A stretch of DNA of 64,000 nucleotides, taken from Epithemia pelagica (taxonomy: Eukaryota > Protista > Bacillariophyta). Location of the stretch: NCBI GenBank assembly GCA_946965045.2, contig OX337230.1, positions 868,001 through 932,000 on the forward strand, written 5' to 3'. Of this stretch, positions 46,056 to 56,021 are shown piece after piece. Below the pieces are notes generated by a model, which had not been told where the DNA came from, made no database searches, and was given only the letters and a program-made list of their open reading frames with translations. Within the stretch, counting starts at the first letter, position 1. Every line of letters begins with the position of its first letter. The translations under genes and the position numbers were made by a program.

Positions 46056-48101
46056 ATGTGGAGTTGTCACCGGAGGACGATCCAACGATCGTTCTCGTCG
46101 GCGGCGATCTCTGGTTGTGGTCGATCAACCATACGTACAAGAACCACCAGCATGATGACCTCGACCTTTTGTGCAATGAGGACGACACGACCAATGGTGG
46201 TGCAACTACAACCGATTTTTGCCGTACCCAACCGATCCGCTCTCTACGAGTTTTCCACCCATACCACCAAACGAACAAGCAACAAGGACAAGAACGAAAC
46301 CGAACCAGAACCCGACGAAAATCCGTGGAGGATGCAGCAGGATGAACCCTTGCACAAACAAGAACCCGAAAAGGTCAAGAGCGGTCGTCAATTGTTTCGA
46401 GATCTTCCGGTGCATGCCGAAATTTTGGAACATATTCAAGAGATTGGGGTGGGTCGACAACCCAGTCAAAACAAACGCACCAAATTCAATGCCTTGATTT
46501 CCGATCAAGCTACTGGCGATCGTCGACGACGAGCCAAAGTAGTCGGTGGATTGGGATCGGTGGGAATGCCCCCTCGACCGACGGCACCCCTGGGACGAGA
46601 CAAGCGTCCCGGTGGACCACCACCGTTGGAATCCTCCTCCTCTTCGCAACAGCAGCAGCAACAACAACAAAAGCAAGCCGCCATATCCGAAGCCTTTAAG
46701 CCACCTCGTCCCTTTGGCTCCCGATCCTTTCCGGTACGTGTCGTGGGAGAATTGGCCGATCCCAATCAACCCTTGCCCTTGTTTTTGGATCGGATTCCGC
46801 AAAGCAAATTGCCGCAAGTCGCACTCTGTGGACGATCCAATGTGGGCAAAAGTACCTTGCTCAACTTGCTCTTGTACAGCAATGTCGCCCAAGAACAAGC
46901 GCGGGCTCGTCGAAAGGCCCTCGAGGATTTGCAAAACAAGAAAAAGCGTCGCCGTCGTCACAAGGATGCCTTGTTTCAATTGCCCAAGGGTGTCAAGGCC
47001 ACGACCTCGGACAAACCGGGTGAAACACGACACATTACCTTTTATCAATTGGGAGCGCCCCATCCCACCCTCGCCAAACAAGATTTGCGCATGTTGCTAG
47101 TGGATTTGCCCGGTTATGGCTTTGCCTTTGCCAAATCGCACGAAAAGATTTTATTTCAAGAATTGATGCGTCGCTACTTGACGGGCGATTTGCCCAATCA
47201 AAACAAGACGACCTTGAAACGAATTTTATTCTTGGTCGATGCGCGACATGGCTTTTTACAAGCCGATCGAGAGTTTTTGGATATGATTCAAAGTACCTTG
47301 GTGGCACATGCCACGGCCGCCGTTCAAGCGAACAGTGAAACGGAAATTTTACAAGCCATGGTGGACAACGAATATCGAGAAGATGATGACAACAACAATG
47401 GGAGTTATTTGATGGGTGATGAGGACGATGGGTACGAGCAAGAGGAGGATGGAGATGATTATGAGGAGCAGGAGGAGGGGGAAGAAGAAGAAGGAGAAAC
47501 GGAAGAAGGTTGGGATGGCGAGTTCGTTCCAAAAAGAGGTCGAGCCAAGTCCCGAAACAACAACAACAAGAAGCACTTGTCGTCGTCCCGAAACGAGCGG
47601 CTCCGACAAGAACGCCAAAAGGAAAATCGTCTGAAGAAGCAACAACATCGCAAAATCTTGCAGCAATATCAATTGCCACCCATTCAGTTGGTCTTGACCA
47701 AATGCGATTTGGTCAGTCAAACCGATTTGGCCCGTCGTGTCGTTCAAGTCCGGACCCAACTGTCTCAAGCCTTGGTTCGAGAACCCACCGAAGTCTTGCC
47801 GGTCATGCTCGTAAGTTCACGAACCAACAATGGTGTTTTGGAATTGCAGAAACAATTGGCACAATTGGCCGAAGCCATTGATCCCATTCCACCGCCATCG
47901 GTTCAAAATCAATGGCATGCCCAACCTAGTACCTTGCCCAAAGTTATCACACCGGATGAAAAACGCAAGGCCGATCGCAAAAAACGCAAACAACAAAAAT
48001 CGGCACGTCAAAAGGCCCGCAAACAAAAGGAGCAATTGCTAGAAGTTCCGCACGGTCGAACGGGACGTGGTATACGAAATCGGGTCAAACGATGGATGTA
48101 G
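46056..48101 (+). CDS. engB: EngB/YihA (YsxC)-family GTPase, probably mitochondrion-targeted, with long insertions
   Basis: G1 GRSNVGKS, G2 SDKPGETR, G3 DLPGYG, LVDARHG, G4 TKCD, SSRT. The N-terminus is Arg/Ser/Thr-rich and lacks acidic residues, like a presequence. Confidence 0.88.
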   Translation: MWSCHRRTIQRSFSSAAISGCGRSTIRTRTTSMMTSTFCAMRTTRPMVVQLQPIFAVPNRSALYEFSTHTTKRTSNKDKNETEPEPDENPWRMQQDEPLHKQEPEKVKSGRQLFRDLPVHAEILEHIQEIGVGRQPSQNKRTKFNALISDQATGDRRRRAKVVGGLGSVGMPPRPTAPLGRDKRPGGPPPLESSSSSQQQQQQQQKQAAISEAFKPPRPFGSRSFPVRVVGELADPNQPLPLFLDRIPQSKLPQVALCGRSNVGKSTLLNLLLYSNVAQEQARARRKALEDLQNKKKRRRRHKDALFQLPKGVKATTSDKPGETRHITFYQLGAPHPTLAKQDLRMLLVDLPGYGFAFAKSHEKILFQELMRRYLTGDLPNQNKTTLKRILFLVDARHGFLQADREFLDMIQSTLVAHATAAVQANSETEILQAMVDNEYREDDDNNNGSYLMGDEDDGYEQEEDGDDYEEQEEGEEEEGETEEGWDGEFVPKRGRAKSRNNNNKKHLSSSRNERLRQERQKENRLKKQQHRKILQQYQLPPIQLVLTKCDLVSQTDLARRVVQVRTQLSQALVREPTEVLPVMLVSSRTNNGVLELQKQLAQLAEAIDPIPPPSVQNQWHAQPSTLPKVITPDEKRKADRKKRKQQKSARQKARKQKEQLLEVPHGRTGRGIRNRVKRWM

Positions 48102-48582
48102 CAGTAGTGTACTTTGTGACCGAGAAAACGATTGGAATTTACTCTTCTACTCCTAACTACCTACCTATCTACCGAGATACTCACAGAGTCCTGGTATCCA
48201 AAGAAAAGGCTTTCTATAACGATATGGTTATGGTTCAGGACATTTGTGATTCGGGGTTTTAGAGTCCATTTGCAGGTCGAACCTCATTCTTCTGCCTAGA
48301 GGAGTAGGTAGTTGTAGAGAGACTGGAGTGCCCCTCTCTAGCTAGAGCTATTAGCGGCCCTTGCCCTTTTATGTAGGAGTATAGATAGTTTTCCCCGTAC
48401 ACATTTCAGCGTGCCGGTCCGCGTGCAAGACCAAACTGCAATCTTCCGCGGAGAATACATAGAGCAGATGTAGGAAAGACATACGTGAGAACGATCTACC
48501 AAAGATACCACCCCCAAGGTTGCCGTCTCTCTGTTCTCACAAAATCAGAAACCAGCAAATCCAAACAACAACTTCCAACAAC

Positions 48583-49452
48583 ATGTCGACTACTTTTGAA
48601 ACCTCCAGTGCTTCCTTCCAACCAGAAAAAACCGCAAAGGACACTATTGCATCCTCTTCATCGCGCGACGCAACAGCAGATCTCGTTGAAAACATTCGAA
48701 ACTTCTTATCGCTCTTTGATGGGTCTGAGTTTGTTCATGACAAATTGTATGCAGCGTTTGAGAAGGTGTTTGACAAGGATGTAAGCGTGACGACTTTTAA
48801 ACCTACAAGTACAGTTGAAGAACATCGACACGACGAGAACAGAGTCACCCTTGACTTTCAGACCTTCTACGAGCAAGTTATTTCAGCATATGCTAAGATG
48901 CGCGTCCGAATCGAAGATGTATTGATTCATGTGCCAGGCGAGGGAGCGGTTGAATACTCTTTCTGCGGGAACCAAAAAGGACATGGAGTCACCGTTCATA
49001 TTTCCGCACGCACGCTGAATGGAAAGATTATTCGCACCGAACAAAAAAGAAATTCGTATGCTGCTATTGAGAATTTCAAGCATCTGGTGAGCCTTTACGA
49101 TGGTTCCAAGTCGTACAACCGCCATGAATGTTACACTGCATTTACCGCAGCATTTAACAAAGACGTTGTTGCCCTTTCATACATCGCCGGAACGGGGATT
49201 GATGATTTGGGTGACGCTTCCAAACGCACTACTTTTAACTTTGAGGAGATGTTTGAGAACTTATCCAGGTGGGCGGAGATGATCGATGGCCCTGTTCGAG
49301 CTGTTTATGTCAAGGCTCTTGAAGAAGGCATGTTTGAATACTCGTTACAGGGAAGTTATAAAGGACGTCTATTGACGACTCAAAGCAAGGCATCGACACA
49401 TAATGGAAAGATTGTGTACATTGAGACAAAGACAATCGAACAAGACTCTTAA
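48583..49452 (+). CDS. Orphan 289-aa protein with two internal ~130-aa repeats (possible NTF2/SnoaL-like fold), copy 1
   Basis: ATG after a CAA-rich leader. Halves align: NFLSLFDGS/HLVSLYDGS, AFEKVFDKD/AFTAAFNKD, EGAVEYSF/EGMFEYSL, NGKIIRTE/NGKIVYIE. Confidence 0.8.
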   Translation: MSTTFETSSASFQPEKTAKDTIASSSSRDATADLVENIRNFLSLFDGSEFVHDKLYAAFEKVFDKDVSVTTFKPTSTVEEHRHDENRVTLDFQTFYEQVISAYAKMRVRIEDVLIHVPGEGAVEYSFCGNQKGHGVTVHISARTLNGKIIRTEQKRNSYAAIENFKHLVSLYDGSKSYNRHECYTAFTAAFNKDVVALSYIAGTGIDDLGDASKRTTFNFEEMFENLSRWAEMIDGPVRAVYVKALEEGMFEYSLQGSYKGRLLTTQSKASTHNGKIVYIETKTIEQDS

Positions 49453-50077
49453 GAAGAATGCCCGATAAAATTAATAAGACGACCTAGCAGATTCAGGCAA
49501 TACATGAGTACAATAGTTTGCCGTCCATGAGGGACGAAGCAAATCGTATTTCTCTTAGGCACAAACATTGCCATTCGCCTCTACTCCTCATTTTCTGCGG
49601 AGTCATTGTTTTTTCTAGATAGGTAGTTCGTAACTCGTAACTCCCTGAAACCACTTTGGGGTAGCAATTAGCAATTGTTGAGTTTGACATTCTGTTTGTT
49701 AACTACCTAGACGATTCTTTGTTGGTTGGTTCTTCAGTTTGTTTGGTATTGTACGGTCCTTTTTAGACCCATTCCGTTTAGACCGTTTTGCCAAACACAA
49801 TGCGTCGGCCCATCTACGTAGCTAGATACCAACTCTATCTACCTCTACTAGAGCTATCGCAAGGGGTCCTTTTACTCTGCGCATAACATATTCCCCTGCA
49901 AGATTCTCTTCGCCGTGTTCTATGCAATATCCCGGTCCGCGTGCAAGACCAAACTTCACCAGTTTGCCAGAATACATAGAGCAGATGCAGGAAAGACATC
50001 CGCGAGAACGATCTACCTCGAAGTCTTGCTCTCACAAAATCAGAAACTAGCAAATCCAAACAACAACTTCCAACAAC

Positions 50078-50947
50078 ATGTCGACTACTTTTGAAACCTC
50101 CAGTGCTTCCTTCCAACCAGAAAAAACCGCAAAGGACACTATTGCATCCTCTTCATCGCGCGACGCAACAGCAGATCTCGTTGAAAACATTCGAAACTTC
50201 TTATCGCTCTTTGATGGGTCTGAGTTTGTTCATGACAAATTGTATGCAGCGTTTGAGAAGGTGTTTGACAAGGATGTAAGCGTGACGACTTTTAAACCTA
50301 CAAGTACAGTTGAAGAACATCGACACAACGAGAACAGAGTCACCCTTGACTTTCAGACCTTCTACGAGCAAGTTATTTCAGCATATGCTAAGATGCGCGT
50401 CCGAATCGAAGATGTATTGATTCATGTGCCAGGCGAGGGAGCGGTTGAATACTCTTTCTGCGGGAACCAAAAAGGACATGGAGTCACCGTTCATATTTCC
50501 GCACGCACGCTGAATGGAAAGATTATTCGCACCGAACAAAAAAGAAATTCGTATGCTGCTATTGAGAATTTCAAGCATCTGGTGAGCCTTTACGATGGTT
50601 CCAAGTCGTACAACCGCCATGAATGTTACACTGCATTTACCGCAGCATTTAACAAAGACGCTGTTGCCCTTTCATACATCGCCGGAACGGGGATTGATGA
50701 TTTGGGTGACGCTTCCAAACGCACTACTTTTAACTTTGAGGAGATGTTTGAGAACTTATCCAGGTGGGCGGAGATGATCGATGGCCCTGTTCGAGCTGTT
50801 TATGTCAAGGCTCTTGAAGAAGGCATGTTTGAATACTCGTTACAGGGAAGTTATAAAGGACGTCTATTGACGACTCAAAGCAAGGCATCGACACATAATG
50901 GAAAGATTGTGTACATTGAGACAAAGACAATCGAACAAGACTCTTAA
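50078..50947 (+). CDS. Orphan 289-aa two-repeat protein, copy 2
   Basis: Near-identical to copy 1, offset 1495 bp. Confidence 0.8.
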   Translation: MSTTFETSSASFQPEKTAKDTIASSSSRDATADLVENIRNFLSLFDGSEFVHDKLYAAFEKVFDKDVSVTTFKPTSTVEEHRHNENRVTLDFQTFYEQVISAYAKMRVRIEDVLIHVPGEGAVEYSFCGNQKGHGVTVHISARTLNGKIIRTEQKRNSYAAIENFKHLVSLYDGSKSYNRHECYTAFTAAFNKDAVALSYIAGTGIDDLGDASKRTTFNFEEMFENLSRWAEMIDGPVRAVYVKALEEGMFEYSLQGSYKGRLLTTQSKASTHNGKIVYIETKTIEQDS

Positions 50948-51572
50948 GAAGAATGCCCGATAAAATTAATAAGACGACCTAGCAGATTCAGGCAATACAT
51001 GAGTACAATAGTTTGCCGTCCATGAGGGACGAAGCAAATCGTATTTCTCTTAGGCACAAACATTGCCATTCGCCTCTACTCCTCATTTTCTGCGGAGTCA
51101 TTGTTTTTTCTAGATAGGTAGTTCGTAACTCGTAACTCCCTGAAACCACTTTGGGGTAGCAATTAGCAATTGTTGAGTTTGACATTCTGTTTGTTAACTA
51201 CCTAGACGATTCTTTGTTGGTTGGTTCTTCAGTTTGTTTGGTATTGTACGGTCCTTTTTAGACCCATTCCGTTTAGACCGTTTTGCCAAACACAATGCGT
51301 CGGCCCATCTACGTAGCTAGATACCAACTCTATCTACCTCTACTAGAGCTGTCGCAAGGGGTCCTTTTACTCTGCGCATAACATATTCCCCTGCAAGATT
51401 CTCTTCGCCGTGTTCTATGCAATATCCCGGTCCGCGTGCAAGACCAAACTTCACCAGTTTGCCAGAATACATAGAGCAGATGCAGGAAAGACATCCGCGA
51501 GAACGATCTACCTCGAAGTCTTGCTCTCACAAATTCAGAAACCAGCAAATCCAAACAACAACTTCCAACAAC

Positions 51573-52442
51573 ATGTCGACTACTTTTGAAACCTCCAGTG
51601 CATCCTTCCAACCGGAAAAAACCGCAAAGGACACTATTGCATCCTCTTCATCGCGCGACGCAACAGCAGATCTCGTTGAAAACATTCGAAACTTCTTATC
51701 GCTCTTTGATGGGTCTGAGTTTGTTCATGACAAATTGTATGCAGCGTTTGAGAAGGTGTTTGACAAGGATGTAAGCGTGACGACTTTTAAACCTACAAGT
51801 ACAGTTGAAGAACATCGACACAACGAGAACAGAGTCACCCTTGACTTTCAGACCTTCTACGAGCAAGTTATTTCAGCATATGCTAAGATGCGCGTCCGAA
51901 TCGAAGATGTATTGATTCATGTGCCAGGCGAGGGAGCGGTTGAATACTCTTTCTGCGGGAACCAAAAAGGACATGGAGTCACCGTTCATATTTCCGCACG
52001 CACGCTGAATGGAAAGATTATTCGCACCGAACAAAAAAGAAATTCGTATGCTGCTATTGAGAATTTCAAGCATCTGGTGAGCCTTTACGATGGTTCCAAG
52101 TCGTACAACCGCCATGAATGTTACACTGCATTTACCGCAGCATTTAACAAAGACGTTCTTGCCCTTTCATACATCGCCGGAACGGGGATTGATGATTTGG
52201 GTGACGCTTCCAAACGCACTACTTTTAACTTTGAGGAGATGTTTGAGAACTTATCCAGGTGGGCGGAGATGATCGATGGCCCTGTTCGAGCTGTTTATGT
52301 CAAGGCTCTTGAAGAAGGCATGTTTGAATACTCGTTACAGGGAAGTTATAAAGGACGTCTATTGACGACTCAAAGCAAGGCATCGACACATAATGGAAAG
52401 ATTGTGTACATTGAGACAAAGACAATCGAACAAGACTCTTAA
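51573..52442 (+). CDS. Orphan 289-aa two-repeat protein, copy 3
   Basis: Near-identical to copies 1 and 2, offset a further 1495 bp. Confidence 0.8.
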   Translation: MSTTFETSSASFQPEKTAKDTIASSSSRDATADLVENIRNFLSLFDGSEFVHDKLYAAFEKVFDKDVSVTTFKPTSTVEEHRHNENRVTLDFQTFYEQVISAYAKMRVRIEDVLIHVPGEGAVEYSFCGNQKGHGVTVHISARTLNGKIIRTEQKRNSYAAIENFKHLVSLYDGSKSYNRHECYTAFTAAFNKDVLALSYIAGTGIDDLGDASKRTTFNFEEMFENLSRWAEMIDGPVRAVYVKALEEGMFEYSLQGSYKGRLLTTQSKASTHNGKIVYIETKTIEQDS

Positions 52443-52713
52443 GAAGAATGCCCGATAAAATTAATAAGGTCACCTTGCAGCTACAGGCAATACATGAGTA
52501 CAATAGTTTGCCGTCCATGAGGGACGAAGCAATTTGGATTCCTCTGAGGAACAAACATTGTCATTCTCCTCCAATCCTCAGTTTTTTGTGGAGTCAACAT
52601 TCGTAACTAAAACTACTTTGGTCGTAGCAATTGCTGAGCTTGACATTCTATTTGTTAATTGGTTGCTTCTTGGGATTGTTTGGTTTCGGATTGTCTGGTT
52701 CTGTATGGTCATT

Positions 52714-55623
52714 TCACACCCATCCCTTTTTGACCGTTTTGCCAAACACAATGCGTTGCAACGTGAGCCAGAATCCAATCAATACCACCACGACAATGGT
52801 CAACATGACTCGATTAAAACTTTCGGGCAACAAATCAAATCCACGAGAGGGTGAGGTCCGGGCATAAAAAATGTCGGGTCCACCAAAGGCCAAAATCAAG
52901 GTTTGGGATTCCAAATCGGTGGGCGCACTGGCAATGGATTGGACACCTTCGACCGTTTGTGTGTACGACAAGGAATTGTAGGACACCATGGGAATCAATT
53001 CGGAATATTGCCGTAGCCCTTCCTTTTGTTCCGAATCCTTGACTTGTCCCATGGGGCGACGAGGTTCCAACATGCGACGATCGACCATGTAGACTTGTCC
53101 ATCGACGCAGGGCATAATCAATCGTTTGCCACTAATGCCACTTCGTGTGGCTGTCACACCCAAGGTGGTAATGGGTTTGACGACACTGTATGTTTTGGCC
53201 AAAACAAAGGGTTTGGTTTCACGAGCATTCCAGCTCGAAAATTCCTTCAATTGATCGGGTGAGGTGAAGGCCGTCAAGCCATTTTGGTCCACTTGTCCTT
53301 CGTAAAGTGACAAGACACCAATTTCGGAACGACGTGTGCGTTCGTTCAAAAAGGAATAAATGATCCAATTTTCCGAAAACAAGACACTGGGTTGAACAAC
53401 AGGGTGATGAATGGCTGCATTGCTGTGACTGGCCCGATACAAGACTCGACCGGATACCGAATCCACCACATTGACAAACAAATTGGGTGTGGCAGAAAAG
53501 GTACCGGAAGATGACGACGCCGAGGATTCGGCGTCGGATGGAGGTGCTGTATTGCTTACACCCGTGGGCTTGCGCTTGGGCTTGGCCTGTTGCTGCTGCT
53601 GAACAGAGGTTCCAATGCCGGCCGCACGTTCCAAGGCTTGCGTAAAGGCATCTGCGTCCGGTTCCTCCTCGGAATCTGGCGTCTCGGCAGTTGTGATAAT
53701 GACCACCAAATGGGGATTCATATATTTCAGCAACAAGGATTGATCCCCCAAAACATGACACGGCGATTGAATAACTTCCTCTCGATTGGGGTAGGCGACC
53801 CGCACAATGGTTTCATCCGGAAACTGTGTCACACCCGCAACCTCGGCCACCATACGGTCCTGGAGTTCAAGACGATAGGACTCCAATCGTGACGATACTT
53901 CGTCCGATTGAAATCCATGAGCAAACCATCCATTCTTCTTGTCGGATGCCGCCGCCATGGAAGTTAATGCCTTGTTGTCATCCCCCGCGGTGGTTGGAAT
54001 CATTTGCGTCGACAAGGACGTAGACGATGCATCTTTAAACAACAGCAAGGCTCCTTGACGACACGACGACGATGATGACGAGGTGGCAATGGGTACCATC
54101 TGCACAATGGGACTGGATATTTGCACCGATCCTTGATCTTGTACTTGTCCGGTTGCTCCATCCAAACACAACCACGAAATCAAATGACTCGACTCGTCAG
54201 TCTCGGACGATGAGACAATCAAAACATCCCGCGAATGGGCCTTGCCATTAATGCCACGGACATGTTTGCCCGCATTGGGCGCTCCATGGACAATGCGATG
54301 CCATTGCGCCGACACGGGCAAATTGTATCGATACTTGAACAAGGTATCATCATGAGAGCTGGAGGCCGGTCCTCCCAAGGCCAAGGGCAATCCATAGACA
54401 CGATGGGACGTTTGGGACACCAAAACGGCCACCTTGTCAAAACCAAATCCCATGGCCGTTCCACTATTCAACGACAAATTGTCGTCGGTTCCAAACTGAA
54501 CCAGACTGGAAACCACGTCTTGCAATCTCTGCCAATGCATGTTCCATCGCGAGGACGCCGATAAAATCACTGTCGAATCGGTTGTACTTTCTTGTTTGGT
54601 GGGGACAAAATGACTGGCATCCACCAAGACGCCACCTGTCAGAGAGGCCAATCCTTCTTCGGTCCTCCATTCGATGGTACCCACCAATCCGGAGTTTGTC
54701 TTGTCTTTTGATAGGGTGACAAACAGAGTCGTTTCTCGTTTGGTGGTCACCATCAAGGATACCTCATCCTTGGTACACTTGACAAGGCCCAAACCCGTCA
54801 CGATCGAGCCCTCGTCCTGCTTCGAGTTCAGGGGTATCTCCACAGGGACGGTCGACTCTCCTTTTGTGGCTTGCAACGTCAAGGAAGCACCCGTTTCCTC
54901 CTGATCTTTGGAAATAGCCAACGTCCATCCCATGGCTGCACACGTTACTTGCGACTGGACTTCTTCCTGCCTGGGTCTATCATCGACTTGAATTTCTGCT
55001 TGTTCGTCGTTTTCCTCAGTGGTGGCAGCCATCACCTCACCTGTCTGGGCATGGACCGTCGCCACAATCATAGCGGAAGAAGAAGAAGGAGTGACTTGCA
55101 CCACTTGGACCATTGGAGCACCATCCTCCTCCTCCTTGTCCACGACTACCAAACGCAGGACTGTCTCCGAATCCACCGTAATCAAGGATGACAAGCGTGT
55201 TTCCCAATCCAAGGCTCCCTCGCGAGCATTCCAGGCTCGTACCACTGCGGTCGAATCCAAGGTTACCGCTCGATCCGCGCCAAGGTTGACCATGGCATGA
55301 CCGACATGGCTGTTGCGGTTGGAACTCGAACAAACGGATCGACGCCAGACCAAGGCACCCGAAGTGACATTTCTCAAGGCCATGCGACAGGACGACGATG
55401 AAGAAGCAGAAAGGGTCGAGGTAGCATCCGAGGACAAGATCAAACTGTCTTCGTCCTCCTCATTCTTCACAGGAAGAACAAATTTGGGTGATCCATGACC
55501 TGTGGTAGAAATCAAACAATCTAATTGACCTGCTTCTTCCTCCAACAAGGCAAGAACCACCGAAGAAGGATGGAGAAACCAGAATGAGAGCAGGAATCCT
55601 ATTGGAAGGAATGCTTGCCGCAT
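52714..55623 (-). CDS. EMC1: ER membrane protein complex subunit 1
   Basis: Signal peptide and PQQ-like beta-propeller N-region (GALVWRR, GALDWETRL). The C-terminal DUF1620 region has LLLKYMNPHL, NVVDSVSGRVL, SENWIIYSF, LESQTLILAFGGPDIFYARTSPSRGFDLL and one C-terminal TM helix. Confidence 0.92.
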   Translation of the reverse strand: MRQAFLPIGFLLSFWFLHPSSVVLALLEEEAGQLDCLISTTGHGSPKFVLPVKNEEDEDSLILSSDATSTLSASSSSSCRMALRNVTSGALVWRRSVCSSSNRNSHVGHAMVNLGADRAVTLDSTAVVRAWNAREGALDWETRLSSLITVDSETVLRLVVVDKEEEDGAPMVQVVQVTPSSSSAMIVATVHAQTGEVMAATTEENDEQAEIQVDDRPRQEEVQSQVTCAAMGWTLAISKDQEETGASLTLQATKGESTVPVEIPLNSKQDEGSIVTGLGLVKCTKDEVSLMVTTKRETTLFVTLSKDKTNSGLVGTIEWRTEEGLASLTGGVLVDASHFVPTKQESTTDSTVILSASSRWNMHWQRLQDVVSSLVQFGTDDNLSLNSGTAMGFGFDKVAVLVSQTSHRVYGLPLALGGPASSSHDDTLFKYRYNLPVSAQWHRIVHGAPNAGKHVRGINGKAHSRDVLIVSSSETDESSHLISWLCLDGATGQVQDQGSVQISSPIVQMVPIATSSSSSSCRQGALLLFKDASSTSLSTQMIPTTAGDDNKALTSMAAASDKKNGWFAHGFQSDEVSSRLESYRLELQDRMVAEVAGVTQFPDETIVRVAYPNREEVIQSPCHVLGDQSLLLKYMNPHLVVIITTAETPDSEEEPDADAFTQALERAAGIGTSVQQQQQAKPKRKPTGVSNTAPPSDAESSASSSSGTFSATPNLFVNVVDSVSGRVLYRASHSNAAIHHPVVQPSVLFSENWIIYSFLNERTRRSEIGVLSLYEGQVDQNGLTAFTSPDQLKEFSSWNARETKPFVLAKTYSVVKPITTLGVTATRSGISGKRLIMPCVDGQVYMVDRRMLEPRRPMGQVKDSEQKEGLRQYSELIPMVSYNSLSYTQTVEGVQSIASAPTDLESQTLILAFGGPDIFYARTSPSRGFDLLPESFNRVMLTIVVVVLIGFWLTLQRIVFGKTVKKGWV

Positions 55624-56021
55624 GGTGGATGTGCTTTCCGTCGGCTTGATTTAATGTCTCGTGAAGACTAAACGGTGATTCACTTCTCTTCGACTCTTCG
55701 AGTTTACAGAGACGATCCTTATTCCCACTAGATCCTCAGCTCAGAGTAATAAGAGGTGCCTGGCCTGTGCCGTCGCTTTGTTGCTCGATTTGCTGCAGCG
55801 CCATGGATGTGTGTGAAAATCAAAGATCCTTAGCGTTAACGGATCATGGTAAAATCATTAGACTCAAAAGGTCTAAATGTTCAAAACGCTCGGGATATGT
55901 TGGTAAGTTGCATCGCGTTTAAGTCGCTTAAACAGAGAAGTGCGGATGCAGGTTTGCATCCCCAAAGTCCCAGCATCCATCCATCGAATGAGCCACCGTC
56001 ACATCACAGCGCGTCTCAGAG

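Larger units (their letters stand above)
48530..52760 (+). repeat. Tandem gene array, unit 1495 bp, 3 copies, with diverged outer flanks
   Basis: CDS starts at 48583, 50078 and 51573. Spacers 49453-50077 and 50948-51572 are near-identical. Confidence 0.95.

Noticed and set aside
45825-46085. Poly-(ER) and poly-(SL) ORFs
   Set aside because: Translation artefacts of the (TC)n microsatellite inside a probable intron.
48520-48582. Longer N-termini for array copies 1 (48520) and 3 (51417)
   Set aside because: Not shared among copies; the common ATG follows a typical CAA-rich leader.
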